Source: Candidatus Parvarchaeota archaeon
Lineage (GTDB): Archaea; Nanobdellota; Nanobdellia; B33-G15
Length of the DNA stretch: 54,596 nt
Assembly (NCBI GenBank): GCA_017608385.1
Contig: JAFCFZ010000009.1
Coordinates: forward strand, 1 to 54,596
Direction of reading: 5' to 3'
Under the pieces are notes generated by a model. It was not told the DNA's origin. It saw nothing but the letters and a program-made list of their open reading frames with translations, and did not search any database. Shown here piece by piece: positions 54,162 through 54,596 of this stretch (the first letter of the stretch is position 1; the number at the start of each line of letters is the position of its first letter). The translations under genes and the position numbers were made by a program.

Positions 54162-54536
54162 ATGGTAATGGATCTTTTAAGATGGTTAGATAAAAAACTC
54201 AATGACTTTGATGATTGGTTTATGAAAGGCTTCCCAGAGAACAAGCCAGGTAAATCAGCATATGAACCAACAACACTACATAATTTTCAACGGCCACTAT
54301 CTGAATGGGAACTTAAAGACCTTTTGAGCTCTAAATCGTCAGGAATTCCACCAACTCCTTTTAAACCGCCAATGTTATCTGAAAGGGAATTAATGTTCCC
54401 GGATATTCCAAGTTTGAAAGCATATAAACCTACACAGGGGGACTTGGATAGCTCATTAGGGAAGCCAGTTCATTTTGATATGTCATCGGGAAAGATAAGT
54501 TATGGGAACTCATTTCCACAAAAATGGAATCCTTAA
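54162..54536 (+). CDS. Pro-rich hypothetical protein (124 aa), paralogue of 53590-54066
   Basis: See the previous entry; ATG preceded by a similar tttat...attta.c.attatt spacer. Confidence 0.55.
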   Translation: MVMDLLRWLDKKLNDFDDWFMKGFPENKPGKSAYEPTTLHNFQRPLSEWELKDLLSSKSSGIPPTPFKPPMLSERELMFPDIPSLKAYKPTQGDLDSSLGKPVHFDMSSGKISYGNSFPQKWNP

Positions 54537-54596
54537 CTCAGTTAAACAAAATCTTTTCATAGATAGGGTTTTCTTGTTTTCCTCTTTGTTGCAAAA

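Noticed and set aside
1-54596. Scan for CRISPR arrays, rRNA genes, IS elements/transposases, integrases and inteins
   Set aside because: I saw no regularly spaced direct repeats, no rRNA-like GC-rich blocks, and no DDE, tyrosine or serine recombinase motifs in any ORF. The only GC-rich non-coding segments are the two tRNAs, the two tRNA-derived repeats and the hairpin pair.

Overview
Visibly AT-rich (roughly 30% G+C by eye, not computed), tightly packed 54.6-kb chromosomal fragment of an archaeon, most likely a small-genome DPANN-type lineage. That assignment is an inference from the aEF-1alpha/rps10 order, GatDE, archaeal-type AspRS/TyrRS/ProRS, Nob1, Dim1/KsgA, PIMT, and TATA-like boxes about 25-30 nt upstream of many ATGs, combined with several bacterial-looking genes. 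Backbone content: tuf (partial)-rps10-uppP; a dense translation block (aspS-tyrS-lysS, proS, alaS, gatD-gatE); envelope and redox genes (DsbA-like protein, Trx-CcdA fusion, trxB, a 789-aa sequon-rich surface protein, a CWB2-repeat protein, three M50-like membrane proteins); housekeeping genes (pcm, alkA-like, ksgA, minD-like, trmJ-like, nob1-like, CPA2 antiporter, ABC-2 exporter). There are two tRNA-Ser genes (CGA on the minus strand, GGA on the plus strand). I saw no rRNA, CRISPR array, transposase or integrase gene. Most interesting observations: (1) a radical SAM/SPASM enzyme with an RRE-like N-terminus, translationally coupled to a 67-aa peptide ending in CxCxxCxxC, directly 3' of tRNA-Ser(GGA); this is a candidate archaeal RiPP cassette. 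(2) A 338-aa ORF overlapping the lysS stop whose core shows the block order and spacing of OspF/SpvC-type phosphothreonine lyases, fused to a novel duplicated C-terminal unit. (3) Two perfect 34-bp tRNA-3'-end-derived direct repeats that bracket a 0.9-kb two-gene cassette beside tRNA-Ser(CGA), inside a roughly 4-kb stretch of small orphan genes. (4) A short bacterial-type AlaRS and a class II LysRS in an archaeal context. All family calls come from reading the translations by eye and from memory; no searches were run.
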